From NCBI GenBank assembly GCA_964550035.1, contig CAZJVU010000001.1, forward strand, positions 19,990-83,989: a stretch of 64,000 bases of DNA, written 5' to 3'. Positions 47,076 through 56,371 of the stretch are shown here, one piece after another. The stretch is from an uncultured Candidatus Saccharibacteria bacterium (GTDB taxonomy: Bacteria > Patescibacteriota > Saccharimonadia > Saccharimonadales > EFPC-124). Position 1 is the first letter of the stretch, and every line of letters begins with the position of its first letter. The notes below the pieces were generated by a model that saw nothing but the letters and a program-made list of their open reading frames with translations, did no database searches and was not told the DNA's origin. The position numbers and the translations under genes were made by a program.

Positions 47076-47531
47076 ATGCAGCGTGACACCTGGGGGAAGT
47101 GGGCAATGGGCGTCGCGTTGATTCTGGTTATTGTGGCTGGCGTGAGCATGGTGCTCTCGCTCAATAGCCACAAGACGACGGTAACGATTGACAGCCAAGT
47201 TGTCCGCGCACGCGTAGCCGATACTGATCAGTTGCGCCAGAAAGGGCTTTCCGGCACCTCTGGACTGGGCGATACCGAAGGCATGCTCTTCGTCTTTGCA
47301 GTCCCCGGCCGTTGGGGTATGTGGATGAAAGATATGAAGTACAGCCTCGATATGCTTTGGATCGACGGCGACAAGAAAATTGTGTCCAAGGCGGAAAATG
47401 TCACGCCTGATACATATCCCAAAGTGTTTCTGCCTGACAAAGACGCACTATACGTGCTGGAGCTCCCGGCTGGATATATCAGTCGGAACAATGTGAGCCT
47501 CGGCCAAGTGGTCGGGTTCACGGCGAACTAG
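47076..47531 (+). CDS. DUF192 domain protein with N-terminal membrane anchor
   Basis: KGLSGTSGL...EGMLFVF...WMKDMKYSLDMLWIDGDKKIV matches the DUF192 core pattern. Confidence 0.75.
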   Translation: MQRDTWGKWAMGVALILVIVAGVSMVLSLNSHKTTVTIDSQVVRARVADTDQLRQKGLSGTSGLGDTEGMLFVFAVPGRWGMWMKDMKYSLDMLWIDGDKKIVSKAENVTPDTYPKVFLPDKDALYVLELPAGYISRNNVSLGQVVGFTAN

Positions 47532-47562
47532 CCCGCAGCGTCTAAAGTGCTATGATGTGTAT

Positions 47563-48045
47563 ATGAATGCGCTATTGGTTTTGGCGGTACTACTTGGAGC
47601 TCTCTTTACACTGAGCTATATTACGAAGCGTCGCTTTGGTGTGCTTGGTTTGGCGTTATGTGCGGGGTCTCTGCTGAGTGCCAGCTGGACGTCGACATTG
47701 ACGCCGTGGATCGAGTCGCAAGGAGTGACGTTTGTTTCGCCGCCACTGTCGGCGGTCGTGGCGACGTTGCTTGTTCTGGGGCCAGCACTGCTTCTGCTGT
47801 TTAGTGGACCAACTTATTCGAGCACTATCCAGAGGGTTGCGGGGTCAGCTGCATTTGCACTGCTGTCGTTTGTATTTTTGCTCCAGCCTATCGGGATCGC
47901 ACTGGTATTTGACGACGCAGGTACGCAAATTTATACCACATTGCAGCAGAGCGCCAGCCTTATTACGGTGTTCGGGATTTTCATCGCGCTGGGCGATATC
48001 CTCATTACGCGTACGCCACACAGCGGCAAGAAGTCCTCGCATTGA
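47563..48045 (+). CDS. Integral membrane protein, hypothetical
   Basis: 160 aa with about 5 TM spans. ATG 47563 is 6 nt after TATGAT (47551-47556), so it is probably leaderless. The track start is GTG 47557. Confidence 0.6.
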   Translation: MNALLVLAVLLGALFTLSYITKRRFGVLGLALCAGSLLSASWTSTLTPWIESQGVTFVSPPLSAVVATLLVLGPALLLLFSGPTYSSTIQRVAGSAAFALLSFVFLLQPIGIALVFDDAGTQIYTTLQQSASLITVFGIFIALGDILITRTPHSGKKSSH

Positions 48046-48094
48046 CAGTAACAGGGGAAAAGTGGTAAAATCTCGACTGTCACAAGTATATTGT

Positions 48095-48171
48095 GGGCCC
48101 ATAGCTCAGCCGGTTAGAGCAGTGGCCTTTTAAGCCACGTGTCCTGGGTTCGAGTCCCAGTGGGCCCTCCA
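48095..48171 (+). tRNA. tRNA-Lys (anticodon TTT)
   Basis: GGGCCCA...TGGGCCC-T-CCA acceptor. Anticodon arm is GTGGC-CTTTTAA-GCCAC and T-arm is CTGGG-TTCGAGT-CCCAG. CCA is encoded. Confidence 0.95.
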
Positions 48172-48178
48172 TGGAAAT

Positions 48179-48205
48179 CGCCTCACCTCTACGGTGGGGC
48201 GTTTT
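48179..48205 (+). terminator. Rho-independent terminator after tRNA-Lys
   Basis: CGCCTCACC-TCTAC-GGTGGGGCG followed by TTTT. Confidence 0.7.
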
Positions 48206-48331
48206 CCATGGGTTGACAAAGCGTTAGTATGATTATTAAAATAAGTATGTTTGTTGAGAGTGAACGACTTCACCTCGTAATCCTGCGCCCTAAAGTGGTA
48301 GGACGTAGATGTTGAGGTGAAAGGATTTCCC

Positions 48332-48628
48332 ATGAGACTGTGGCGTAAGCCCCGGGTCAAGGTGATCAAGGCTACCGCTCGGCTCGATCTGCCGGACGAC
48401 ACGAGCTACCCCTACAAGCTCTACGTGGACATGGTTGCGCCCGACCTGGGCATGGGCTACATCCTGCTCTACGGCAGCAGGGAGGAGTTCGTCGTCTGCG
48501 GTATGTCCCTGCGGGCGCTGCAGAAGTTCTTCGACAAGCACAAGTTCGAGAAGAACCCGCGCTTCCGCAAGTGCGAAGTCACCGACCGGAACGACACGGT
48601 CCTGTGGTCCGTGCGACAGGGCCGCTGA
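48332..48628 (+). CDS. High-GC cassette: 98-aa basic soluble protein, hypothetical
   Basis: ATG 48332 is 6 nt after AAAGGA, with GAGGTG further upstream. High GC3. No family recognised. Confidence 0.6.
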   Translation: MRLWRKPRVKVIKATARLDLPDDTSYPYKLYVDMVAPDLGMGYILLYGSREEFVVCGMSLRALQKFFDKHKFEKNPRFRKCEVTDRNDTVLWSVRQGR

Positions 48629-48639
48629 CTCCCAGTTTT

Positions 48640-48693
48640 TTCGTTGTCCGGTCCGCCCCTTCCTGTAGGGAGTGTGGCGGTCCGGACAACGAA
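48640..48693 (+). terminator. Long GC-rich hairpin after cassette stop
   Basis: 18-bp stem TTCGTTGTCCGGTCCGCC/GGCGGTCCGGACAACGAA with one T.T mismatch, flanked by T-runs on both sides. Confidence 0.75.
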
Positions 48694-48786
48694 GGTTTTG
48701 AAATTATAGTGTACGGTTGCGGCACGAGAAATTAGGCCTTAGCGAAACAGTATCAAGGGCGACTACTCCCAGGCTATCAGATCAGT

Positions 48787-48987
48787 CTAGCTTGATTGGT
48801 GAGCGAGCGTCCACCACAGCATAACGCCCAGCACGATGATAAACAGCGCCGCTACGAAAAGCAGTGTGTTCTTACGCTTGTTTGCCATGCGCAGGTCGGC
48901 GAGTTCTTCCGACGGCGTATCGATGTCCGACTTGAGCCGATATTTCGACTTTTCGGCTTCTTCGGCGATGTTTTTGTCCGGTTCCAT
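48787..48987 (-). CDS. Small single-TM protein, hypothetical
   Basis: 66 aa. Charged N-terminus then LLFVAALFIIVLGVMLWWTL. Divergent from comEC. Confidence 0.4.
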   Translation of the reverse strand: MEPDKNIAEEAEKSKYRLKSDIDTPSEELADLRMANKRKNTLLFVAALFIIVLGVMLWWTLAHQSS

Positions 48988-49028
48988 AGCTGCATCATAG
49001 CATAAGCACTGGCGCTTGTGGGGCAGCT

Positions 49029-50474
49029 GTGCGTATACTGCGCGCGGTGATGCAGAGAACGGTTAATCGCACGACGCTAATAAGCTGGGGAAGCCTGGCG
49101 TTTTTGGGTGGGATTGGTGTGGCGAAGCTATGGGCTGTATCTGGGCTTATCGCGCTCGCGAGCGTTGGGCTGGTGGCACTCTGCTGGCGTCGACGGGCGT
49201 TTATCGCAGTGCCGGCAGTGGTGACGATAGGACTACTGCTCGGACTGTGGCGGGGCGGTGTGATTGCAAGTGAAGTAAAGGTCTACGATCGGCTAGTTGA
49301 CCGGAAGGTTTCGATAGGTGGTATCGTTATTCAGGATTCGACCTATGGAAGCAAGAAACAGATTGATTTTCTGGTCGACCACGTCCGCGTTGGCGAGCAG
49401 CGATTGCCAGGACAAGTGCGAGTCACGAGCTTTGACCCGATTGAGCCCAAGCAGGGTGACGAAATCGTTGCCACAGCGAAGGCCAAACCTGGGTTTGGAA
49501 ACTATCAGCTCGGTATGTACTACGCCAATGTGGAGGTGGTAGGGAAGGGCACGTCGTGGATTGTCGGGCTTCGTCGGCAGTTTAGTGCCGCTATTCTGAA
49601 TGTCGTGCCAGAGCCGCAGGCAAGTTTAGGGCTGGGATTTTTGCTGGGGATCAAATCGCAGCTGCCTGATTCGTTGAATGACCAGCTCAAGACCGTGGGG
49701 TTGACGCATATTGTGGTGGCGTCGGGATATAATCTCACCATTTTGGTCCGGGCGGCACGCAGGCTGCTCGCAAATCGCTCAAAGTTTCAGGCAACGTTTG
49801 CCGCGGTTGGGTTGATGGTCGGGTTTGTGGGCGTCACTGGGCTCAGCCCGAGCATGAGCCGCGCGGCGCTGGTGACGGCGCTGTCACTTGCGGCGTGGTA
49901 CTATGGGCGCGCTATTCACCCGGTCGTGTTGTTGCTTTTCTCGGCTGCGATTACAGGAGCGTGGAATCCGGTGTATGTTTGGGGCGACGTCGGTTGGTAT
50001 CTGTCGTTTACAGCGTTTGCTGGCGTGATGCTTGGCGCGCCACTGCTCCAGAAACGACTATACGGTGAGCGAGAGCCACCGCAGATTGTGCAGATTGTAC
50101 TTGAGACACTCTGCGCGGAGCTTACCACGCTGCCGCTTACGCTCTTTGTTTTTGGAAGTGTGTCGGTGGTGGCGCTGGTGAGCAATGTACTCGTGACGCC
50201 GCTTGTACCGGTCGCGATGCTGGCAACGTTTGTCGGCGGTGTAGCGGCGGTATTCTTGCCGGGTGTTGGCGCATGGTTGGCGTTGCCCGCACATGTCGTG
50301 CTGACCTATATGACATCGATGGTCGCCTGGCTGGCGAGTATTTCGTGGGCCAAACAGACAGTAACCCTGACGCTGCTTGGGTTTGTATTGGCGTATGCCT
50401 ATCTGTGTATAATTGGCGTCGTTATGCAGCGTCGTATTCGCTACAACTACCTCAGTAAAAGTGTCGTCGAATGA
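49029..50474 (+). CDS. comEC: DNA internalization channel ComEC/Rec2 (competence domain only)
   Basis: Polytopic membrane protein. GLTHIVVASGYNLTILV matches the ComEC competence-domain motif (compare HLLAISGLH). The start is GTG 49029 or ATG 49050. Confidence 0.8.
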   Translation: MRILRAVMQRTVNRTTLISWGSLAFLGGIGVAKLWAVSGLIALASVGLVALCWRRRAFIAVPAVVTIGLLLGLWRGGVIASEVKVYDRLVDRKVSIGGIVIQDSTYGSKKQIDFLVDHVRVGEQRLPGQVRVTSFDPIEPKQGDEIVATAKAKPGFGNYQLGMYYANVEVVGKGTSWIVGLRRQFSAAILNVVPEPQASLGLGFLLGIKSQLPDSLNDQLKTVGLTHIVVASGYNLTILVRAARRLLANRSKFQATFAAVGLMVGFVGVTGLSPSMSRAALVTALSLAAWYYGRAIHPVVLLLFSAAITGAWNPVYVWGDVGWYLSFTAFAGVMLGAPLLQKRLYGEREPPQIVQIVLETLCAELTTLPLTLFVFGSVSVVALVSNVLVTPLVPVAMLATFVGGVAAVFLPGVGAWLALPAHVVLTYMTSMVAWLASISWAKQTVTLTLLGFVLAYAYLCIIGVVMQRRIRYNYLSKSVVE

Positions 50475-50533
50475 GCAAAATGGTGGTAAAATAATAGTAA
50501 CGAAGCATTTGCAAAACCAACGAGGAATTCATT

Positions 50534-51259
50534 ATGTCAGGACATTCGAAATGGTCAACGATCAAAAGGCAGAAGGGCGCTAAGGACGCAGCACGCGGTG
50601 CGGTTTTTACCAAACTCGGTAATGCAATCGCCGTAGCCGCCAAGGGAGGCGCTGACCCGGACATGAACTTTGCGCTGCGCCTCGCCATCGACAAGGCGCG
50701 TGCAGCGAACATGCCAATGGCCAACATCCAGCGTTCTATCGACCGTGGAAGTGGTAAGCTCGGTGGTGCAATCATCGAAGAAGTCACCTACGAAGGTTAT
50801 GGCCCCGGCGGCATGGCAGTCATCGTGGAGTGTGCAACCGATAATAAGAACCGCACATTGCCCGAAGTCCGTTTGGCCTTCACTAAAAACGGCGGCAACA
50901 TGGCCGAGACTGGCGCGGTTGCGTTTCAGTTTACTCGCAAGGGCGTTATCCGCGCAGGCTACCTTGGCGACACCGATGAAGCGATGCTCAACGTAATCGA
51001 TGCTGGCGCAGAAGACGCTGATGACATTGGCGATCAAGAGTTGATCATCTACACCGACCCTAAAGAACTCGCTGCTGTGCGCGACGACCTGAGCGCCCGC
51101 GGTTTCGATATGAAAGAGGCTGAGCTGACATTTGTACCGAACAACACTGTTGAGATTAGCGACGCCGAGACTGCTCGCAAAGCGACCAACCTGTTGAATT
51201 CCCTCGAAGAACTCGAAGACGTCGCCAACGTGCACAGCAACGCCGAGATTGTAGAGTAG
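50534..51259 (+). CDS. yebC: YebC/PmpR family transcriptional regulator
   Basis: MSGHSKWSTIKRQKGAKDAARGAVFTKL is the canonical YebC N-terminus. 241 aa. Confidence 0.96.
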   Translation: MSGHSKWSTIKRQKGAKDAARGAVFTKLGNAIAVAAKGGADPDMNFALRLAIDKARAANMPMANIQRSIDRGSGKLGGAIIEEVTYEGYGPGGMAVIVECATDNKNRTLPEVRLAFTKNGGNMAETGAVAFQFTRKGVIRAGYLGDTDEAMLNVIDAGAEDADDIGDQELIIYTDPKELAAVRDDLSARGFDMKEAELTFVPNNTVEISDAETARKATNLLNSLEELEDVANVHSNAEIVE

Positions 51260-51262
51260 GCG

Positions 51263-51760
51263 ATGCGAATTCTTGGCATCGACCCAGGGACGGGCATCCT
51301 TGGGTTTGGTGTGGTGGAGCAGAGCAAAGGCCAGAAGCCAAAGCTTATCGACGCCGGTGTCATCCGTACGCCCGTACACCAGCCTTTGGCCGAGCGGCTG
51401 GTGACAATCCACGATGAGCTCGCCGAGCTGATGGACGCGCATGAGCTGCATGCTATGTCGGTCGAGAAATTATTCTTCGCGCGTAATGTGACAACCGCGA
51501 TCTCGGTGAGCCACGCCCGCGGGGTAGTACTGCTCCTTGGTCAACAGCGCAAGATTCCTATCTATGAATACACGCCGATGCAGATTAAACAGGCAATCAC
51601 TGGCTATGGCAAAGCCGATAAAAAGCAAATCCAGGAGATGGTCCGTGTGATGCTCGGCCTCAGCGAAGTGCCAAAGCCCGACGACTGCGCTGACGCAATT
51701 GCCGCCGCGCTAACGCATTCGACGATGTCGGTCCTGACCAGTCATAACCCAACGGTATAA
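51263..51760 (+). CDS. ruvC: Holliday junction resolvase RuvC
   Basis: MRILGIDPGTGILGFGVV... is a RuvC RNase H-fold N-terminus. 165 aa, following yebC as in many bacteria. Confidence 0.93.
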   Translation: MRILGIDPGTGILGFGVVEQSKGQKPKLIDAGVIRTPVHQPLAERLVTIHDELAELMDAHELHAMSVEKLFFARNVTTAISVSHARGVVLLLGQQRKIPIYEYTPMQIKQAITGYGKADKKQIQEMVRVMLGLSEVPKPDDCADAIAAALTHSTMSVLTSHNPTV

Positions 51761-51773
51761 GCTCAAATTCCTC

Positions 51774-51814
51774 GTGTGAGGGCGCACGCTCCAGGTGGAG
51801 GCGCGCCCTCACAC
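51774..51814. terminator. Bidirectional GC-rich hairpin (ruvC end / cassette end)
   Basis: Perfect 12-bp outer stem GTGTGAGGGCGC/GCGCCCTCACAC with an inner CTCC/GGAG stem, 3 nt from the stop at 51817. Confidence 0.75.
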
Positions 51815-51816
51815 GG

Positions 51817-52245
51817 TCACATCAGCGACTCCAAGACCGCGGCAGCTTGCCCCAGTGCGATGTCGTGCCATCGGTGGAGGCTCGCGTCGTCGATCGGGCC
51901 GGGGTGTTTCGGGATGTATGGCCCGTTCACGACAGGGTGGCGGCTGCGCAAGGCGCGCCGGATCTCGTCCGGTGTGGCCTTGCGCACGTCGGCTTTCTTG
52001 ACACCCGCAGTTCCGCCCTGCCCGAACGGCGTCTGGGCGCTGACAAGTCCCAACACCAGCCATCCCTTGACGGGGTGCTCGCCGGTGGCGGCCAGTACGT
52101 ACTGGCCGGCCTCGCCCAGTACCTTGAGCCCCTCCTGCGTTTTCGTCAGAACGTAGAAGTCGGGCACCGGTCCTTCCCGGTTGATCTCGAAGATGACTGC
52201 TTTTCGTTGCGGTTGCTCACGAAAGCCTCGTCTGGAAAAAACCAT
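51817..52245 (-). CDS. High-GC cassette: 142-aa soluble protein, hypothetical
   Basis: ATG is 5 nt after GAGGAG (52251-52256). C/G-dominated third positions. Preferred over the + strand ORFs 51776..52156 and 51847..52287. Confidence 0.6.
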   Translation of the reverse strand: MVFSRRGFREQPQRKAVIFEINREGPVPDFYVLTKTQEGLKVLGEAGQYVLAATGEHPVKGWLVLGLVSAQTPFGQGGTAGVKKADVRKATPDEIRRALRSRHPVVNGPYIPKHPGPIDDASLHRWHDIALGQAAAVLESLM

Positions 52246-52278
52246 ATTCGCTCCTCGGTTGAGGCTAGGACAAGAATT

Positions 52279-52307
52279 ATAATATAATATTTAATACATT
52301 TACGCAA
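52279..52307 (-). promoter_or_regulatory. Sigma70-like promoter for 51817..52245
   Basis: On the minus strand: TTGCGT, 17-nt spacer, TATTAT, in a very AT-rich spacer. Confidence 0.5.
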
Positions 52308-52332
52308 TAATAGAGATAATACCAAAATAAGA

Positions 52333-52376
52333 AAGATGAGCGAGGGCGTACCGCGAAGGCCGCCCTCGCTCATCTT
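52333..52376 (-). terminator. GC-rich hairpin after cassette stop
   Basis: Perfect 16-bp stem AAGATGAGCGAGGGCG/CGCCCTCGCTCATCTT with a 12-nt loop, 13 nt from the stop at 52389. Confidence 0.8.
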
Positions 52377-52388
52377 CGTCCGGGAAGG

Positions 52389-52655
52389 TCAGCTGACCAC
52401 GAGCTTCAGCTTGCGCAGGAACCCTTGGTGCTGGAGCACGGCCGAGGTGGCGTCGCTCGGCCTCGCGCCGGTCAGGGCGACCTTGTCGTCGTCGATGTGG
52501 TCACCGCCGAGGAACATGGGGCTGCCGTTCTTCTTGGTGCGCACGATCACGTGCGTCGGCTGGTCGTTCATCAGTTGGCGCAGTCGTCTGACCGAGGTGA
52601 TCTTGGGGTGGCCGTCGATCTCCACGTGCTTGACGTCGTACGTTCCGGGCTTCAT
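52389..52655 (-). CDS. High-GC cassette: 88-aa soluble protein, hypothetical
   Basis: ATG 52655 is 4 nt after GGAGAG. My hand count for 52381-52655 is 177/275 G+C. The track start 52697 is less likely. Confidence 0.6.
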   Translation of the reverse strand: MKPGTYDVKHVEIDGHPKITSVRRLRQLMNDQPTHVIVRTKKNGSPMFLGGDHIDDDKVALTGARPSDATSAVLQHQGFLRKLKLVVS

Positions 52656-52688
52656 CACACTCTCCAGGTAGGGGGATTGGACTTTATG

Positions 52689-52717
52689 AGAGTACAATGA
52701 TGTCGTTATTTTGGCAA
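52689..52717 (-). promoter_or_regulatory. Sigma70-like promoter for 52389..52655
   Basis: On the minus strand: TTGCCA, 17-nt spacer, TACTCT. Confidence 0.45.
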
Positions 52718-52763
52718 TAGTAGGTGTACAGAGAGGTTATAACTATGACATAATAATACAGTT

Positions 52764-53342
52764 ATGATTGCACACGTCTCTGGGGAAGTTGTAGAAAAGT
52801 TTTACGGCTCGCTTATCGTCGATGTTGGTGGGTTAGGGTACGAAGTGCTGGTTGCGGCCAGTGACTTTGATTCGGCCACGCTTCATGACCGCGTGAAGCT
52901 CTATACGCATGATCATTTGCGCGAGAACGCGCATGACCTGTTTGGATTTACGAGCCTTGCAGCCAAGAAATTATTCGAGATGCTTATCACGGTGAGCGGC
53001 GTTGGCCCGCGCATGGCCTTGAGCATCCTGAGCCTCGGTTCGGCCGAGCAAGTCCGCAGCGCCATCGCGAATGACGACGTTGCTTATGTGCAGCAAGCGT
53101 CTGGCGTGGGCAAGCGAATTGCCGAGCGCGTGACCAACGAACTCCGCGACAAAGTAGGTCTGCCAACACTGCAAGTTGCCGGTTCGCCAGCCAAGATCGT
53201 TGGCAGCGACGACGCCCTCGACGCCCTCGTGGCGCTGGGCTATACGCTTCAGCACGCCACACACGCCCTCAGCAAAGTCGATGCTGGCCAGGATATCCAG
53301 GTGCGAATTAAGCAGGCGCTCAAGATCCTCGCAACTGCATGA
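52764..53342 (+). CDS. ruvA: Holliday junction DNA helicase subunit RuvA
   Basis: [12 protein letters not shown]...LFGF...[16 protein letters not shown] (HhH motifs). 192 aa. ATGA overlap with ruvB. Confidence 0.93.
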   Translation: MIAHVSGEVVEKFYGSLIVDVGGLGYEVLVAASDFDSATLHDRVKLYTHDHLRENAHDLFGFTSLAAKKLFEMLITVSGVGPRMALSILSLGSAEQVRSAIANDDVAYVQQASGVGKRIAERVTNELRDKVGLPTLQVAGSPAKIVGSDDALDALVALGYTLQHATHALSKVDAGQDIQVRIKQALKILATA

Positions 53343-54373
53343 TTGAGCGAATCGTAGACACTGGCGCAACTGACGACGATCAGCAGGAGCAGCAACTCGA
53401 AAACACGCTGCGCCCGCGAGATTTTGCGAACTACATTGGTCAAACGCGACTGAAGCAACAGCTACAGCTGGCGATTGCTGCCGCCAAGAAGCGTGGCGAA
53501 CCGATCGATCATGTGCTGCTTTTTGGGCCGCCGGGCCTAGGTAAGACCACCATGGCGACGGTGATCGCTAACGAAATGGGCGCGAACATTCGAGTCACCA
53601 GTGGCCCGGCTATCGAGCGGGCGGGGGATTTGGCGAGTATTCTCACGAACCTTGTCGACGGCGATATTTTGTTCATCGACGAAATTCACCGCTTGGGTCG
53701 CACCGTCGAAGAAGTACTCTACAGCGCGATGGAAGATTTCAAGCTCGACATCATGCTCGGTAAAGGGCCGTCGGCGCGAAGTCTCCGGCTTGATCTGCCA
53801 AAGTTTACGGTCATCGGTGCCACGACGCGGACGGGTAGTTTAGCTGCACCGCTTCGTGACCGGTTTGGTATTATGCACCGTTTGGAATTCTATAGTCCTG
53901 ACGAAGTCCAGCAAATCATAGTGCGTGCGGCAGATATTTTGGGCGTGCAAATAAAGCCTGAAGCTGCCGCTGAGATCGCCAAGCGTGCCCGTCTGACGCC
54001 GCGTATTGCCAACCGTTTACTCAAGCGCGTGCGTGACTACGCCGAAGTCCATGGTGACGGCATTATCAATACTGACCTGGCCGAGCAAGCGCTCAAACTT
54101 CTCGAAGTAGACAACGCCGGTCTTGATCCGGCAGATCGCCAGTTGCTGCTCGCAATCATCGAAAACTACAAAGGTGGTCCCGTCGGCGTCGAAACACTCG
54201 CGGCCATGACGGGCGACGAGCGTACGACCATCGAGGACATGTACGAACCGTATCTTATGCAGATTGGCTTCCTGGAACGCACTGCCCGCGGGCGAAAGGT
54301 CACGCCAAAAGCCTACCAGCATTTGGGCAAACCACCGGTCGGCGGTGAAATTAGCCAGACAGAACTGGTATAA
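53339..54373 (+). CDS. ruvB: Holliday junction DNA helicase RuvB
   Basis: [12 protein letters not shown]...[12 protein letters not shown] (Walker A), [10 protein letters not shown] (Walker B), and a winged-helix C-terminus. Confidence 0.97.
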   Translation: MIERIVDTGATDDDQQEQQLENTLRPRDFANYIGQTRLKQQLQLAIAAAKKRGEPIDHVLLFGPPGLGKTTMATVIANEMGANIRVTSGPAIERAGDLASILTNLVDGDILFIDEIHRLGRTVEEVLYSAMEDFKLDIMLGKGPSARSLRLDLPKFTVIGATTRTGSLAAPLRDRFGIMHRLEFYSPDEVQQIIVRAADILGVQIKPEAAAEIAKRARLTPRIANRLLKRVRDYAEVHGDGIINTDLAEQALKLLEVDNAGLDPADRQLLLAIIENYKGGPVGVETLAAMTGDERTTIEDMYEPYLMQIGFLERTARGRKVTPKAYQHLGKPPVGGEISQTELV

Positions 54374-54397
54374 TGTAGGTACAAGCAAGGAAGCGAT

Positions 54398-55177
54398 ATG
54401 GGACTATTTACAAGCAAACGAAGTGATTTCCAGTCAGCGCAGCAGTCAGCACAGAATATTCCGCCAGCGCAACGTCCTACTGCGGCCAACTCAGTCGCCA
54501 GTCGACAGGAGATTAGCATACCGCCAGATCTCATGGCCAAGCATGAGGAATCGCTCCGCCAATACCCTCGCGTCCACCTAAGCAAGGGTGAGTATGTGGT
54601 TATGGAGGTTCGTCGTCACCCGATTGGCCTTGTATCTATATGGGTGTTGATAGTGCTACTCGTGGTTGCGACATTCGCAATCTTGCCGTTTTACTCGATG
54701 AATCGTGAGTTGATTGCGTCAACACTTTCCATAGCTGCTGCTTCGCTACCTACTGCGGCTTCCTTGACGTTTCCGATTCTGGCGCTTGCGGCGCTGTTCT
54801 TTCTGGGTGGACTGGTGGCTGTCTACGTGTACAACAGCAATCTTTTCTACCTTACGAATGAGAGCATTATCCAGTACATTCAGTCGAGTATTTTCTCTAC
54901 AAAGGAGCAGCAAATCAACCTGGTGAATATCGATGACGTGAGTTACCGCCAGCAGGGAATTCTACAGCAGGTGCTGAACTATGGTACTGTGCGCGTTTCG
55001 ACTGAAGGTGACGAGCGCAATCCGTATGTGTTCTATTTCGTAGCCAGGCCGCAGCTTGTGGTGCGAACTATCAATGACGCCATGGAGGAAGCAACTGGCT
55101 TTGCTGTCCGCTATCGTCAGCACAAACAGAATATCGATTCAGCTGATCCGACACTTCCGCCACCTGAAAAGTTTTAG
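54398..55177 (+). CDS. Bacterial PH-domain (bPH_2/YdbT-like) membrane protein
   Basis: 259 aa. GEYVVMEVRRHPIGL is followed by two TM spans and a C-terminal beta-rich domain (ESIIQY...VNIDDVSYRQQGILQQVLNYGTV). Confidence 0.5.
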   Translation: MGLFTSKRSDFQSAQQSAQNIPPAQRPTAANSVASRQEISIPPDLMAKHEESLRQYPRVHLSKGEYVVMEVRRHPIGLVSIWVLIVLLVVATFAILPFYSMNRELIASTLSIAAASLPTAASLTFPILALAALFFLGGLVAVYVYNSNLFYLTNESIIQYIQSSIFSTKEQQINLVNIDDVSYRQQGILQQVLNYGTVRVSTEGDERNPYVFYFVARPQLVVRTINDAMEEATGFAVRYRQHKQNIDSADPTLPPPEKF

Positions 55178-55221
55178 CCGACGGGCGGGGCGAATCATCG
55201 TCTGTTCGCTCCCGCCGCGTC
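55173..55221 (-). repeat. 49-bp direct repeat copy 1 (hairpin terminator of paralog 1)
   Basis: TTTAGCCGACGGGCGGGGCGAATCATCGTCTGTTCGCTCCCGCCGCGTC, identical to 55824-55872. Contains the imperfect palindrome GACGGGCGGGGCGAA/TTCGCTCCCGCCGCGTC. Confidence 0.9.
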
Positions 55222-55234
55222 ATTTGAGCTAGCC

Positions 55235-55729
55235 CTAGCGTGCCAAGCTGCGGCGCACACGCTGTTGGAATTGTGGGAGCGCCCAGCTTCCAGGCATCCG
55301 GTTGGAATACCAGAACGATATTTGGTCGTGCTGGTCGCTGATTGTTCGCATCCATAGCATGAACATGACAGGCAGACCATGCTTCTGCATTTGTTGGGTG
55401 CTCACTGTCCACAGAACCTTATCGACATCTCCCTCCGCCTCCGCCTCTTCGGGTGATCGCAGCCGGGGTGTTCTCCTCCCGAGTTTGCTTGGTGGAAAGG
55501 TGAGCTGCAGTGATTGTCGCTGCGCTGACCTTAGCGGTAGGGCCTCGGGCGGCAGTAGCTGGGCATACGGCATGTCCCCTTCTGCATACAGAGCCAGATA
55601 GGAGAGAGCCATCACTTCGGTACTGCCGTTGGGCCCGAGCAATATAGCACTGTGGTAAAGCTCCGGAGAAGAAGCGTCGGAGAGGTACCGCATAAGCCGC
55701 TCATGTCGTTGTTTGCCCATATTAGACAT
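55235..55729 (-). CDS. High-GC cassette: 164-aa protein, tandem paralog 1, hypothetical
   Basis: ATG follows AGGAGAAGGCA. Shares RHE.L.RY, SYLALYAEGDM.Y, KH.LP..F..W and WAL..F.Q..R..LAR blocks with 55883..56371. Confidence 0.6.
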   Translation of the reverse strand: MSNMGKQRHERLMRYLSDASSPELYHSAILLGPNGSTEVMALSYLALYAEGDMPYAQLLPPEALPLRSAQRQSLQLTFPPSKLGRRTPRLRSPEEAEAEGDVDKVLWTVSTQQMQKHGLPVMFMLWMRTISDQHDQISFWYSNRMPGSWALPQFQQRVRRSLAR

Positions 55730-55823
55730 TGCCTTCTCCTGTGGGGGTGGGTAGCAGCATTGGCCTGAGGCTAGTATATCGTAAAAGTACTATTGGTTTT
55801 CGAGGTTAGCCCGAGGTGTGTAG

Positions 55824-55872
55824 TTTAGCCGACGGGCGGGGCGAATCATCGTCTGTTCGCTCCCGCCGCGTC
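55824..55872 (-). repeat. 49-bp direct repeat copy 2 (hairpin terminator of paralog 2)
   Basis: Identical 49-mer, 651 bp from copy 1. Confidence 0.9.
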
Positions 55873-55882
55873 TTGCGCGTTT

Positions 55883-56371
55883 TTAGCCGCGCGCCAGACA
55901 GTTCCGAATGCCCTGCTTGAAACGAGCCAGTGCCCAATCACTAGGCACCATCTCCGGGCACCACAACGCTACCTGCTCGTGTCCTCCGTAGGTGGTCAGT
56001 GCCCAAACGACGAAGATCGCCGGAAGGTCGTGTTTCTCGGTTTCTTCGGTCGCGAGGTTCCAGTTCAGGTCATCGAGGTTAACCAAGGAGCGTCGGCCCT
56101 GTCGCGTTCCGGCTATACGCGCCTGAGGGCTTATGGGCTGCGCAGGGAGCGTTAGCCCTAGCGCTTGCTGCTGAGCTTCTCGTTTTTGCACGGCAACAGG
56201 CTGAATTCGGAGGTACGACATGTCGCCTTCGGCATAGAGCGCCAAGTAGGAGATGGTCTCCACCTTGACACCGTGTGGACCTTTCAAGACCGTCTTTTTG
56301 TAAATCCTGTCGAATTCGCCACGGTAATACCGCACCAGCTGTTCGTGGCGCCGTTCGCCCCTGTTGGGCAT
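55883..56371 (-). CDS. High-GC cassette: 162-aa protein, tandem paralog 2, hypothetical
   Basis: ATG follows GAGGAGGACAGC. Paralogous to 55235..55729. The upstream sequence AGTATATCGTAAAAGTA.TA.TGGTTT is also duplicated. Confidence 0.6.
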   Translation of the reverse strand: MPNRGERRHEQLVRYYRGEFDRIYKKTVLKGPHGVKVETISYLALYAEGDMSYLRIQPVAVQKREAQQQALGLTLPAQPISPQARIAGTRQGRRSLVNLDDLNWNLATEETEKHDLPAIFVVWALTTYGGHEQVALWCPEMVPSDWALARFKQGIRNCLARG

